From IMG/VR virus record IMGVR_UViG_3300016667_000302, positions 1 through 37,867 of that record: DNA of 37,867 bases, one strand, 5' to 3'. This DNA is from a virus. Its lineage: Duplodnaviria > Caudoviricetes. The notes below the pieces were generated by a model that was not told the origin of the DNA, made no database searches, and saw only the letters and a program-made list of their open reading frames with translations. A program made the position numbers and the translations under genes. This document shows, piece by piece, positions 17,493 to 26,420 of this stretch (the first letter of the stretch is position 1; each line of letters opens with the position of its first letter).

Positions 17493-18397
17493 TATCGTCC
17501 AAATGCAGCAACACTAACTACTCCTTGTGCGTTTGCGGCTCCAGCGGCAGACCTCACAAGCACTTGAACTTGGGTTGCAGTCTGAAGTGTTGGGTTTGCT
17601 CCGTTTGTATTTGTGGTTTTCACACCAACAGAATCATTACCTGTTAACTGATCCCTTTGATTGCACGATGCCAAAACAACGTAGTTTGCGTTTGGTAGTG
17701 CTCCTGAAGTGAAGTTTACAGTGTAGTCGCTTGCAGCATTATATGTTACAGAATCAACATTGTAAGATGATCTGATCACAGTAGGCTGGACAGTGGCAGA
17801 TGAAAGTGCGCCAGCAGGAGTTGAAAGAACTACAAATGTGAATGTTGCACTGGTTGGAACTGTGGCAACTGCCCATGTTCCATTGAGGACAGTATTATTA
17901 CCTGTTTGGCCTGATATGGTAATTGAGTCTCCAACGGAAAGTCCATGCGTTGCCTTTGTGGCTGTAATCGTAGTGCCTACAAATGTGAATGTAACAGTTG
18001 TAAGAGATGTAATTCCACCATTGAAGTTCACCCAAGCCTTTGCAATCGAAGGGGCAGTTCCTGTAATCGCACTCGCTCCAGTAAGGTTTGCAATGCTTGC
18101 GGTAGTGAATTGAGCCACTGGAGCACTCACTACAGCAAAGTCAGCAGTAACCTTGTTTGTCTGGCCAATCTGCATTGGTTCAGCCCACAGCTTTGCAAGC
18201 TGTAGCTTCGTGAGAGCAGGGATGCTTGCATCCAAGAACAGCATCGAGTCAGCACTGGCAAGCGATGCGCTCTGGGTTGGCTGTTCGGATACGGAGCCAG
18301 GCAGCAAAGACCCATTGTTGACCAACTGATGCAACTTCAGGTTGGTGACATTGTCATTCGCAAGGAATGTGATGCCCTGTGTGAATTGGGATGGCAT
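17492..18397 (-). CDS. Tail fibre / tail protein
   Basis: Thr/Ser/Ala-rich, AKAWVNFNG...SYNVDSV...YTVNF pattern with an inserted HGLSVGD module. Confidence 0.7.
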   Translation of the reverse strand: MPSQFTQGITFLANDNVTNLKLHQLVNNGSLLPGSVSEQPTQSASLASADSMLFLDASIPALTKLQLAKLWAEPMQIGQTNKVTADFAVVSAPVAQFTTASIANLTGASAITGTAPSIAKAWVNFNGGITSLTTVTFTFVGTTITATKATHGLSVGDSITISGQTGNNTVLNGTWAVATVPTSATFTFVVLSTPAGALSSATVQPTVIRSSYNVDSVTYNAASDYTVNFTSGALPNANYVVLASCNQRDQLTGNDSVGVKTTNTNGANPTLQTATQVQVLVRSAAGAANAQGVVSVAAFGR

Positions 18398-18400
18398 TGG

Positions 18401-20260
18401 TTAGGAAGACTTGGTTTGGAAGCTGTTTGGTAGTGCGGCAACTGCAATCGCCCTGATCTCAGGCTCTCCACCTGTGAGCGTCATGGTGAAGTCAATGCTC
18501 TGCCCTTTGGAGGCTACCCGAATCCGATTTGTATCGGTCTCAGATGAAAGCGTAAAGGAACCAAGCACTTCACTCACGTCAGGATCTTGCGTGTTGGCAG
18601 TAACAGTCATGGTTCCAGACCCGCCAGTCTTGATGGAAACCTTACTGAACCGCTTCGATTCAAGCGAACTCATTGAGTAAGAACGAGTTCTTGCTGTAGC
18701 CGTCACTGGAACTGTGGTAAGCGCAGCGGGAACAAGGTCAAATGGTAGGTTCACTGGCAGGATAGGAAGATCAACGCTTGAATAGATGTTGTCTCCAGCA
18801 GCCTCTTCCTCATGCACAAACAGACCACCTTCCTTGGTCATAAAGTGCAGCCTGCGCTGGGTGTCGTATGGGAGAACCAGCAGATGATCAACGTAAAGAC
18901 CGGTAGGGAACTTGTCAGCAGACTCCCATGCTTCGTTTAGGATGTTGTAAACCAGCAGAGTGTCATTCCTCGAATTCAACCCAGTTGGCACAGCTAGCCA
19001 GTACCGATTGTCATGGAATGCAGCTACTGCCTTCTCGGCATAATCGAAGTTGATCGTGTCGATGATATCAGCAATCGGCTCAGACATCGGAAGGGTGTTC
19101 CCAACCAATGTGAGGTCCAACTGAGGTGTCATCACATGGACTCCCCTCTGTGACAGGAAGAAGACCTGCTGCCCTGCAACAACGGCAGAATCTTTGGCCA
19201 AGCATCCAATCTGGTCCGACAACAGTCTGACGTAAGATCCAACCCCTGGAGCTGATCCCGGAGTCAGGACACTGTTGTCCATGTAGCCAAGGTAGATGCT
19301 GCGCTTCTGAAGCACCAAGAAGCCATCGTTGATCCACGGTAGGAACGAGATGATTTCATCATTCGCACCTGTGTTTACCCTGAAGTTGTTCAAGGTAAGG
19401 TCGTAGATCTCTTCGTCGTAAATGTCAGAGACAGCAATCCTGTCCTTGCGGTAGTCGATCAACAACCGGCCTTGGTGGTAGATCCCAAAGTCACCCGGAG
19501 GCATATTTGCGCTACCGCCCGAGATGGTTGTCTGAGGCATTACGGACACTCCAGCATTGGAGTACGTCACCCCATCCCACTTGATCGGAGGCTTGCTCTT
19601 TTGGGCTGTAATCGTTGAACCAGCACTTCCAGAAGGAGTTGCTTCTGGTGTGTAATAGAATGTTGTTGTTGTTACAACAGTAACCTTAAAGTTCCCATTG
19701 TAATTTGTTCCACCGGCTCCAGAAATTGTAACCTCATCTCCAGTTGCAAATCCATGCGTTGACGAAGATACGCAGTTAACCCTGTTGGTTGGATTATCGT
19801 GAACAGCCGACGTTACAAGAACAGTTGGGCTAGTGTCCCTTCCCCTGAACACATACATTTCACCACCGGCCTGAACCAGTGACACAGGTTCGTTAGTAAC
19901 CCTATTCTGACCACTTTGGGCTGGCCAATCGTATGGACCTTGAGTTGTTCCTGTGCCACCTCCAACTGCTGGTGTGTAGATCCAGAATGAAGTCTGAGTT
20001 CCTCCGGTTGTTGCCACCAGCACAACTCGCTCAACTCCATTGGCATCAATGAACTCGCCAGCCCCCCAAGTAATCCAAGAATTGAGGGTTGCATCAGTGA
20101 TCCTTTTAGCCCCAAGACGGCACCTCCCTGTTGTCGCAAACAGCCTCAGGTTCTCTGCGTACTGAAGGAAGCCCGGCTTGAGAGCAAGCGGGTTAATGCG
20201 GCTTGAGAAGCCAGTAAAGGCGATGTCTGAATCACCTTGGTATTGAGTGCTTAGGGCCAT
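18401..20260 (-). CDS. Tail nozzle / tubular protein B-like (beta-propeller type)
   Basis: 619 aa, beta-rich, IGCLAKDS, VFFLSQRGVH, RYWLAVP, LVYNILNEAW. Position after the lysis genes. Confidence 0.7.
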   Translation of the reverse strand: MALSTQYQGDSDIAFTGFSSRINPLALKPGFLQYAENLRLFATTGRCRLGAKRITDATLNSWITWGAGEFIDANGVERVVLVATTGGTQTSFWIYTPAVGGGTGTTQGPYDWPAQSGQNRVTNEPVSLVQAGGEMYVFRGRDTSPTVLVTSAVHDNPTNRVNCVSSSTHGFATGDEVTISGAGGTNYNGNFKVTVVTTTTFYYTPEATPSGSAGSTITAQKSKPPIKWDGVTYSNAGVSVMPQTTISGGSANMPPGDFGIYHQGRLLIDYRKDRIAVSDIYDEEIYDLTLNNFRVNTGANDEIISFLPWINDGFLVLQKRSIYLGYMDNSVLTPGSAPGVGSYVRLLSDQIGCLAKDSAVVAGQQVFFLSQRGVHVMTPQLDLTLVGNTLPMSEPIADIIDTINFDYAEKAVAAFHDNRYWLAVPTGLNSRNDTLLVYNILNEAWESADKFPTGLYVDHLLVLPYDTQRRLHFMTKEGGLFVHEEEAAGDNIYSSVDLPILPVNLPFDLVPAALTTVPVTATARTRSYSMSSLESKRFSKVSIKTGGSGTMTVTANTQDPDVSEVLGSFTLSSETDTNRIRVASKGQSIDFTMTLTGGEPEIRAIAVAALPNSFQTKSS

Positions 20261-20262
20261 TG

Positions 20263-20847
20263 CTAGATCACGCTCGTCCCAACTTCTTTTCTACGCCTCA
20301 ACTCAGCCAGCATTGCTCCACTTGCCATCCCAGTTGCCCAGCCTGGCCGCAACTCAAAGTGAGGCTCATCCTTGATTGACTGGAAGTCTCCACCCCAAGT
20401 GAGTCCAAGCTCTTTGCCAATCGCACCAGCAGCAGCGTACTGGGCCGACTCAGGCAGGTACTTGTTGTCCACAAAGATACCAATGTCGAAAGCCAACCCA
20501 AAGTTGTGCATGGACTGACCAGGGCCAGCTTTTGTCACAATCTTGCCCGGCAGTGTCCTTCCATTTGCATACAACTCAGCCTGCTCTGAGTAGGTTCTAA
20601 GCCCACAGATGATCCTCACACCAAATCCAGCCTTCTTGCACCTACCAAGGAACTCCCTTGCCACCTGCTGAACCTTTGGGTGTAGCCCAACCAAGTTCCT
20701 TGCACTGCGCTCGTCAATCTCAGGCTCAGCTTTCTCGTCGCCAATCAGCCTGTCGTAAATGGCGGCAATGGTGAAAGGGCCACAAACTCCATCAGCAGGC
20801 ACACCAAGCACCTTCTGAATCTCAATCACCATTTGTTGGGCAGTCAT
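20263..20847 (-). CDS. Endolysin, peptidase M15 family, with short N-terminal PG-binding segment
   Basis: IQKVLGVPADGVCGPFT, GLRTYSEQAELY, SMHNFGLAFD, WGGDF, DEPHFE. Confidence 0.92.
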   Translation of the reverse strand: MTAQQMVIEIQKVLGVPADGVCGPFTIAAIYDRLIGDEKAEPEIDERSARNLVGLHPKVQQVAREFLGRCKKAGFGVRIICGLRTYSEQAELYANGRTLPGKIVTKAGPGQSMHNFGLAFDIGIFVDNKYLPESAQYAAAGAIGKELGLTWGGDFQSIKDEPHFELRPGWATGMASGAMLAELRRRKEVGTSVI

Positions 20848-21053
20848 TTGGATTCGCAGTCGTTGAGTTGATGCAGAAGTTGCCCGACAAACTCCTTCTG
20901 CTCCTTGTTAAAGTTGAGGGTCTTTGCCTTTAACAGCAGTGCCGGAATCCTGCTGTGTGTCCGACTGGTCAAGCATCCACTGGTCGATGTCACGAGCATT
21001 GTTGCTGTGAACACGACGAACAGCTTCCTGCTCCATGTGCTTGCGGATCTCAT
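20844..21053 (-). CDS. Putative o-spanin (Rz1-like lipoprotein)
   Basis: Basic N-terminus, hydrophobic core and TSG-C lipobox. Overlaps the upstream gene in another frame. Confidence 0.6.
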   Translation of the reverse strand: MRSASTWSRKLFVVFTATMLVTSTSGCLTSRTHSRIPALLLKAKTLNFNKEQKEFVGQLLHQLNDCESK

Positions 21054-21117
21054 AGTACACCTTCACCAACTCCGGGAAGGAACCAATCAGCCTTGCGATA
21101 ATCGCAATCCAACTCAC
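20908..21117 (-). CDS. Putative i-spanin (Rz-like)
   Basis: Hydrophobic N-terminus followed by a helical region. Overlaps the lipoprotein gene within the lysis cassette. Confidence 0.5.
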   Translation of the reverse strand: MSWIAIIARLIGSFPELVKVYYEIRKHMEQEAVRRVHSNNARDIDQWMLDQSDTQQDSGTAVKGKDPQL

Positions 21118-21290
21118 TTGTCGATGTGAAGGCCAATGTGCTTCAGCACTCCCACAACCTTCTCAAGCGCACTGTCATCCTTTGGCGTAGGTGTCAGCTT
21201 AACAATCACACGGGCAGCGATAATCACTCCACCAAGGCACGCGAGGATGTCTTCTTTGTGATCCAGAATGAATGTAATCCAGTCTTTCAT
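21114..21290 (-). CDS. Holin-like membrane protein (58 aa, not in ORF track)
   Basis: MKDWITFILDHKEDILACLGGVIIAARVIVKLTPTPKDDSALEKVVGVLKHIGLHIDK. One TM segment plus TPTPKDD motif, overlaps at both ends. Confidence 0.7.
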   Translation of the reverse strand: MKDWITFILDHKEDILACLGGVIIAARVIVKLTPTPKDDSALEKVVGVLKHIGLHIDK

Positions 21291-21532
21291 TTCCTCATAT
21301 TCCTAATCAGCGACACGATTGATAGCACGGACACACAGATGCCCGATAGTAATGCCCCTACTCTCAACCACCATTCAAGTTCTGTTTGGAAGCTAGTCAC
21401 GATGGCAAGCATTGGGGCAATCACGCCCGTGAATCCCCTCACGATGGAACTCCCATCCACAAATCCAGACCCAGCACTGTAATGCCCGTCCGGCTGATAA
21501 CTTGTGCTTGGATGAATGAATGGGATATCCAC
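21287..21532 (-). CDS. Holin-like membrane protein (2 TM)
   Basis: Two hydrophobic segments and a basic C-terminus. Start uncertain. Confidence 0.55.
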   Translation of the reverse strand: MDIPFIHPSTSYQPDGHYSAGSGFVDGSSIVRGFTGVIAPMLAIVTSFQTELEWWLRVGALLSGICVSVLSIVSLIRNMRK

Positions 21533-21534
21533 AG

Positions 21535-21747
21535 CTAGAGGGAGACATCAAGGCCAAGTTTATCCTTGGCAACTGCGATCAGGTCATTGTTTTCCCACGA
21601 GTCTCTACCATCGGCATCAGCCTTTGCGTAGATGTCCTGCTCAAGAAGCTGGAACTCTACTGGGAAGTCTTTTCCTTGGATTTCAAGCATACAACGGCAT
21701 TTCACAACACCGCTCACAACGTCAATTTCAATGACCTTCAGTTTCAT
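21535..21747 (-). CDS. Hypothetical protein
   Basis: 70-aa ORF packed tightly after the tail gene. Confidence 0.65.
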   Translation of the reverse strand: MKLKVIEIDVVSGVVKCRCMLEIQGKDFPVEFQLLEQDIYAKADADGRDSWENNDLIAVAKDKLGLDVSL

Positions 21748-21750
21748 GGA

Positions 21751-23874
21751 TTAGGGAGCTGTATAGCCTTGGAAGTTGGCCCGGACAGTGCCAGCGGCAG
21801 AAAGGTTGGCGTTTAAGGCCGTGTTGGCAGTTGTAGTGATTTCCGTTGGGAACTCAAAAGCAACAGGGGCGTTGATTGGCAGCGTAAGCCGCCACCGCTC
21901 AGTGGTTCCATCAAGGATGATCAACTCAACAGCAGCAGCACCGGTGTTGATTGCCTGCAAAGCAGTACAGTGACGCTTCAAGCCAGCACCAGCGGCGGTC
22001 TGAATTGCGGCAGCAGTTGTGGTTGTAAGCGCAAGCGAGGCATTCCAGCCAGCTTCAGGGATTGCGTATGGCTTTGTAATCGGAACACCGATCAGAGTGC
22101 CAATAGCCTGCTGCTGACGAGCGGTTGTTCCTGCCGTCGGGTTTGCGGAAAGCCCAACAACTGATGTCAGTACAGGTTGAGGAACTGTGGTGGAGTTGTT
22201 TGCCTGTGTTCCCTGAATGTTTCCTGTAAGCGTTACAGACTGAGCGATCTGAACCGGAAGCGCAACGGTTGCATCAGATCCAGGACGAGGAGCAAACTCA
22301 ACACGTTCACGCTCGTAGTCAAACACACGGACAAAACTGATACGAAGATCAGTCCGCTTGATAACACCGCCACCACAGTTGGTAGAAACCAATGTAGCAG
22401 GAGGAACCGTGCCTGGCATCGCCTGAAGCTCAAGAGTGGTTGTCGATACGTTCCTTACCTCGTATGCGCCATCAACAAGCAGATCATTCCCAGTAAGATC
22501 TGCCCTGATGCCGATCAGTTCGACCGTGTCACCAATGCTCAGGCCAGACCAAGAAGCACTTCCAGTAAGTGTAACAATGCTATTTGTGATGGAAACAGCA
22601 GATCCAACCTGAGCAATCACACCTTGTGCAACCTGCCCGCCTTGCGCCCTAGCGACATAGCCACCATAGGTTGTTGCAGTGACTGCTCCACCCCAAACAA
22701 TCGTGATTGTAGTTGCATTAACAACACTGGCAACCTGAGTTGCTGATGTGAGGTTCGGGAAGTTGGTCGTGTCACGCGCACCGTAGATGGTGACGTAATC
22801 GTTCACAGTCAATCCATGAGCCGCAGCAAACGTCACCGTTGCGGTTGTAGTTCCAGTCTTAGCAGCAGATACGATCTTACCAATAGGAGCCGCGAGACCC
22901 TTGTTGTTTGTGGCCCGGATGCGAAGTTTGTAAGACTTGTCAAGACTCGGGCAGACAGACGTCCTGAGAACACGTTGCGTCGTTCCAGTAGCAACATCAA
23001 CAGCACTGTCATGCCACTGCACACGATCAGAAGCCAAATTCAGTCGATACTCAGTCGTCGGAGCGAATGCGTACTGGTTTGCAGCGTTTACCAACTGAAC
23101 AGATGCAGTCGTTCCAATGGTTGCAGAATGGTTGCCAGCAATCGTCCCAGAAGGGAATGCATCTCCAGACTCAGACCGAACGTAGAACGAAGCGTTGGTT
23201 GCACTAGCATTCTCAAAGATCATGCTAGTCCCATCATTGGCTCCTCCAAGCCGACGACGAACGTAGACGAATGGAGTTCCAAGAACGGCAGGGGAAGCAG
23301 TTAGGGATTGAATCGGACCAGCAGGACCGGCAGTGACTGTGAACTGAGTCGTGGAAGGAACGGTGGCTACAACAACAGATCCGTAGTTGAATCGACTGTC
23401 AGCGCATCCGTAGATGCCAATGCTCATACCAACAGACAACCCATGTGCTGTGGCAGTATTTACTGTCAGAGTAGTTGTAGATTGCGACATCGAAGAGACA
23501 GCCACTTCAGTGTACGAAGGAAGCGGAGTATCTGTATCTACAATCTCAATGGAAAACTCTTGACCAATAGCAGCCTGAGAGCGATGCGCTCCAATAGAAA
23601 CCTCAAGCGGAAGGTTGAAGTTTGCAATCGTCTCAAGGATTGATTCAGTTCCAACATTCCAAGGGCTTTTGGAGATAGTCAGGTAGCTTGCGCCAGCAGC
23701 ATTCCCATCAAGCGCAATGATGTCCCCAGAAGCCTTCGTCTCGTTGTAAAGACGTCCAGGAATGTAGTTCTCAAACGCATCACGAAACTTGGTGGTTACA
23801 TTACCAACAATCTGCGCTCCAGTACCTGAAAGTTTCCCAATGTTCCTTTTTGTCTGCGTAACGTGAGTGGTCAT
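21751..23874 (-). CDS. Tail spike/fibre-like structural protein with three repeated modules
   Basis: 707 aa, Thr/Ala/Ser-rich, with AHGLSVGM, AHGLTVND and SGLSIGDT repeats. Confidence 0.7.
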   Translation of the reverse strand: MTTHVTQTKRNIGKLSGTGAQIVGNVTTKFRDAFENYIPGRLYNETKASGDIIALDGNAAGASYLTISKSPWNVGTESILETIANFNLPLEVSIGAHRSQAAIGQEFSIEIVDTDTPLPSYTEVAVSSMSQSTTTLTVNTATAHGLSVGMSIGIYGCADSRFNYGSVVVATVPSTTQFTVTAGPAGPIQSLTASPAVLGTPFVYVRRRLGGANDGTSMIFENASATNASFYVRSESGDAFPSGTIAGNHSATIGTTASVQLVNAANQYAFAPTTEYRLNLASDRVQWHDSAVDVATGTTQRVLRTSVCPSLDKSYKLRIRATNNKGLAAPIGKIVSAAKTGTTTATVTFAAAHGLTVNDYVTIYGARDTTNFPNLTSATQVASVVNATTITIVWGGAVTATTYGGYVARAQGGQVAQGVIAQVGSAVSITNSIVTLTGSASWSGLSIGDTVELIGIRADLTGNDLLVDGAYEVRNVSTTTLELQAMPGTVPPATLVSTNCGGGVIKRTDLRISFVRVFDYERERVEFAPRPGSDATVALPVQIAQSVTLTGNIQGTQANNSTTVPQPVLTSVVGLSANPTAGTTARQQQAIGTLIGVPITKPYAIPEAGWNASLALTTTTAAAIQTAAGAGLKRHCTALQAINTGAAAVELIILDGTTERWRLTLPINAPVAFEFPTEITTTANTALNANLSAAGTVRANFQGYTAP

Positions 23875-23878
23875 AGGA

Positions 23879-24904
23879 CTAGTAAGTATACACCATGTTC
23901 AATTTGCCTGACTGCTGCTGCTGACGAAGGACGAAGTCTACTGCCCTGTCATAAGCCGCTTGAGTGTCAACCTCAGCCGCCGCAGCTTGATCGAACTGGG
24001 ATTCTGAGCGAAGATAGTCTGCTAGGATCGCCCTGACAAGGAACGCACGGAACAATTCTGGGATAGTTACGATTGTCCAGTTGGCAGTGTTGCCAGAAGC
24101 ACTTGGGGCAATTCCAGTTACTGATGAGCTGGCGGTGTAAAAACTACCGTTGTAATACACCTGATCTCCAGCCGAGTATGCTGTTGCAGCATTGTATGCA
24201 TCACCAGTAAGCCTTGGGCATGATGTGCGATACTGAAGGTAGCAGTTTAACTGTTGCTTCAATACTGCGTAGTCAAACCAGGTCGAAAAAAGATTGTTGT
24301 AAAGAGGCGAAGCCAGCGACTCAATGTAGTACCCAACAGGAACAGCCTTAGTGGTCGCCCTTGGGTCGTGCGTATAAACTCCAAGAAGGGCCTCGCAGTC
24401 GCTTGGAATCCTAATCCGATACTCGTCATCACTCTCTGACCAAAGTGCTGCTACAGGGCTTCCTGAGAGCGTGTAGGTTGCTGTTGACGATTGATTCTCG
24501 CCAACATTCAGAGTGATGCTTGTGATCGTTGGAGTTGAAGTGTATGGAAAAGAACCAGTAATCAGCGGCGCCCCAACCTGTTCATTTGCAATGGTAGTAT
24601 CGACATTGATCAATGCCGGTGCCCCATTGTAGTTCAAGGCCGAGTAGGGCCATAGGTTGTACGGTGTTGTGAAAGTAACCAATGGAGATCCAGCAATCGT
24701 CTCAATCTGAGTCACCTCACGACCTGAAAGCGTATTCAGGTATTGGACAAGGAAAGGCCATTGTTCCCTGTTCCAGATTTCATTCAGCCTGTTGCTCCCA
24801 AAGTCACGAAGTGCCTTGAACGTCTTAGTGGACAGGTTGTCGCGATCAAGACCACAAAGCTGGGCAGCTTCGTTCAGGATTGTGCTGAATTGAATTGTTC
24901 GCAT
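23879..24904 (-). CDS. Head-tail adaptor / tubular protein A-like with CBM5/12-like insert
   Basis: Position after the MCP, NRLNEIWNREQWPF, and AYNAATAYSAGDQVYYNGSFY. Confidence 0.65.
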   Translation of the reverse strand: MRTIQFSTILNEAAQLCGLDRDNLSTKTFKALRDFGSNRLNEIWNREQWPFLVQYLNTLSGREVTQIETIAGSPLVTFTTPYNLWPYSALNYNGAPALINVDTTIANEQVGAPLITGSFPYTSTPTITSITLNVGENQSSTATYTLSGSPVAALWSESDDEYRIRIPSDCEALLGVYTHDPRATTKAVPVGYYIESLASPLYNNLFSTWFDYAVLKQQLNCYLQYRTSCPRLTGDAYNAATAYSAGDQVYYNGSFYTASSSVTGIAPSASGNTANWTIVTIPELFRAFLVRAILADYLRSESQFDQAAAAEVDTQAAYDRAVDFVLRQQQQSGKLNMVYTY

Positions 24905-25251
24905 TACAAGACCCCGTAGGACTTGCTAAAGCGTTTTTCGGTCGGTGTATAGCCTACTGACAACTTGGTTCCAACAGACTTCACCTTAACTTGCGGGTTG
25001 TCCCGCTCGTATTCCCTAAGGAACTGCTCGTCTTGCCAGCACTCGTATCCAAGCCGTTGCCCCCAGTAGTGGAATGCATCAGCAGGAACCCTCATGCGAA
25101 GCCTGCCAACACCATCCATGCTCCTGTGGTCCATCGCATTCAATTTAGCGTTGGTCTTGGACTCAATCTCGGCGGCAATGGCGTTGCGTTGCCATCCACG
25201 ACGAAGTTCCTTCTCAAGAGCAGGGGCAATATTGGCTGGGATCTCAAACAT
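24904..25251 (-). CDS. Conserved phage protein downstream of MCP
   Basis: Start refined to ATG 25251. WQDEQFLREYERDNP motif. Confidence 0.7.
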   Translation of the reverse strand: MFEIPANIAPALEKELRRGWQRNAIAAEIESKTNAKLNAMDHRSMDGVGRLRMRVPADAFHYWGQRLGYECWQDEQFLREYERDNPQVKVKSVGTKLSVGYTPTEKRFSKSYGVL

Positions 25252-25273
25252 AGAGTGTGATGAAGACGAACAT

Positions 25274-25305
25274 CGGGGCGAGGGGGGATTGAACCCCCTC
25301 ACCCC
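25274..25305 (-). other. tRNA minihelix-like hairpin (12-bp stem plus 7-nt T-loop)
   Basis: GGGGTGA-GGGGG-TTCAATC-CCCCC-TCGCCCC-G, with no U-tract after it. Confidence 0.6.
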
Positions 25306-25329
25306 ACCGCATTTGCGGGATGTCAGCGA

Positions 25330-26391
25330 TTAAGCTGCGGTATAGTCGAACTTACCAAGGCCCAGCGGGTTTCCGCAGACCAAGCCAGCCACAGCCTGCA
25401 CGAGACGGGCAGGACCACCACCAGCGTCAGGAAGCTCAGTGACAGAAGCCACATTGCCACCGTAGCGCACTTCGATCAGCGAGCTGTCGACGATAAGCCC
25501 CTTGAAGTTGGTTGCAGTCACAGTCGATCCGGCGATGGTCGAGATAAACGTGGAAGGATGCAGACGGAGCGTTCCGAAGTCGCCCTGGAAGATGTCAATC
25601 GCCTGAATAAAGGTGCCATCACCAGCATCACGGCTGAAGGTCTGCACTTTGCTTGCACCGGCCCCGGTAACACCAACAGTGCTGGTGGTCGTCAGGGTGG
25701 TCGTTCCAACCAACTGAGTCGTGAACGCACGCTTGAGGGCCGTACCAACGATGCAGTCAAAGGTCTTCTGAGTCCCGGTCTGTTCATAGATCGAGGTCAG
25801 AGCAGCCTGAACAGCAGCATCAGTCAGCAAGCTGGCGTTAGCACCAGTCACGATGGACGCAGAGGGCGTGCGGAAGTTGGAAGGGATCGTAGCCCCGGTT
25901 CCAGTACCAGCAGTGCTGATCCAGGTCTGCAAGCCAGCAGTCGTATACGCCTGAGACGTGCCGTTGTCAGCATTAGCAGTCTGGTTGGAGCAGAAGGCAA
26001 CTTCCATGTCCCGCTTGATCATGGTGATCGCCTTGGACACTTCGTAAGCCAGTGCATCACGCACGCCAGCAATCACGGACACATCCTCGGTCAGAGGAGA
26101 CACGCGAACTGCACGCCGGAAGATCTGGGCGTAGTTGGACAACTCAGTACGGAAGGTGGAAGCACCATCCTTGGTGTAGTTGTCGTAGGCCGACACGTCC
26201 GTGCCGTCAATCGTTCCGCCAGCCTTCACAGCAGGCATGGAGTCAGCCTGCCAGCGGAAATACATATTCCCCGGCTTCTGACCTTTCTTTGCAAGCGAGA
26301 CGAGGGGCGTGTCCTTGGCATCCACCAAGGCAATCATGTCCATCAAGTCTTCGCGTTTTCCAACTACATTGGGTTCAGTGAGCAGTGCCAT
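25330..26391 (-). CDS. Major capsid protein (SU10/DUF5309-like)
   Basis: GKREDLMDMI...DTPLVS, FRWQAD, NYAQIFRRAVRVS, IKRDME, GDFGTLRL. Follows the scaffold. Confidence 0.9.
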   Translation of the reverse strand: MALLTEPNVVGKREDLMDMIALVDAKDTPLVSLAKKGQKPGNMYFRWQADSMPAVKAGGTIDGTDVSAYDNYTKDGASTFRTELSNYAQIFRRAVRVSPLTEDVSVIAGVRDALAYEVSKAITMIKRDMEVAFCSNQTANADNGTSQAYTTAGLQTWISTAGTGTGATIPSNFRTPSASIVTGANASLLTDAAVQAALTSIYEQTGTQKTFDCIVGTALKRAFTTQLVGTTTLTTTSTVGVTGAGASKVQTFSRDAGDGTFIQAIDIFQGDFGTLRLHPSTFISTIAGSTVTATNFKGLIVDSSLIEVRYGGNVASVTELPDAGGGPARLVQAVAGLVCGNPLGLGKFDYTAA

Positions 26392-26420
26392 ATCAGTTTC
26401 TTTCTATCAATTGTGAGAGT

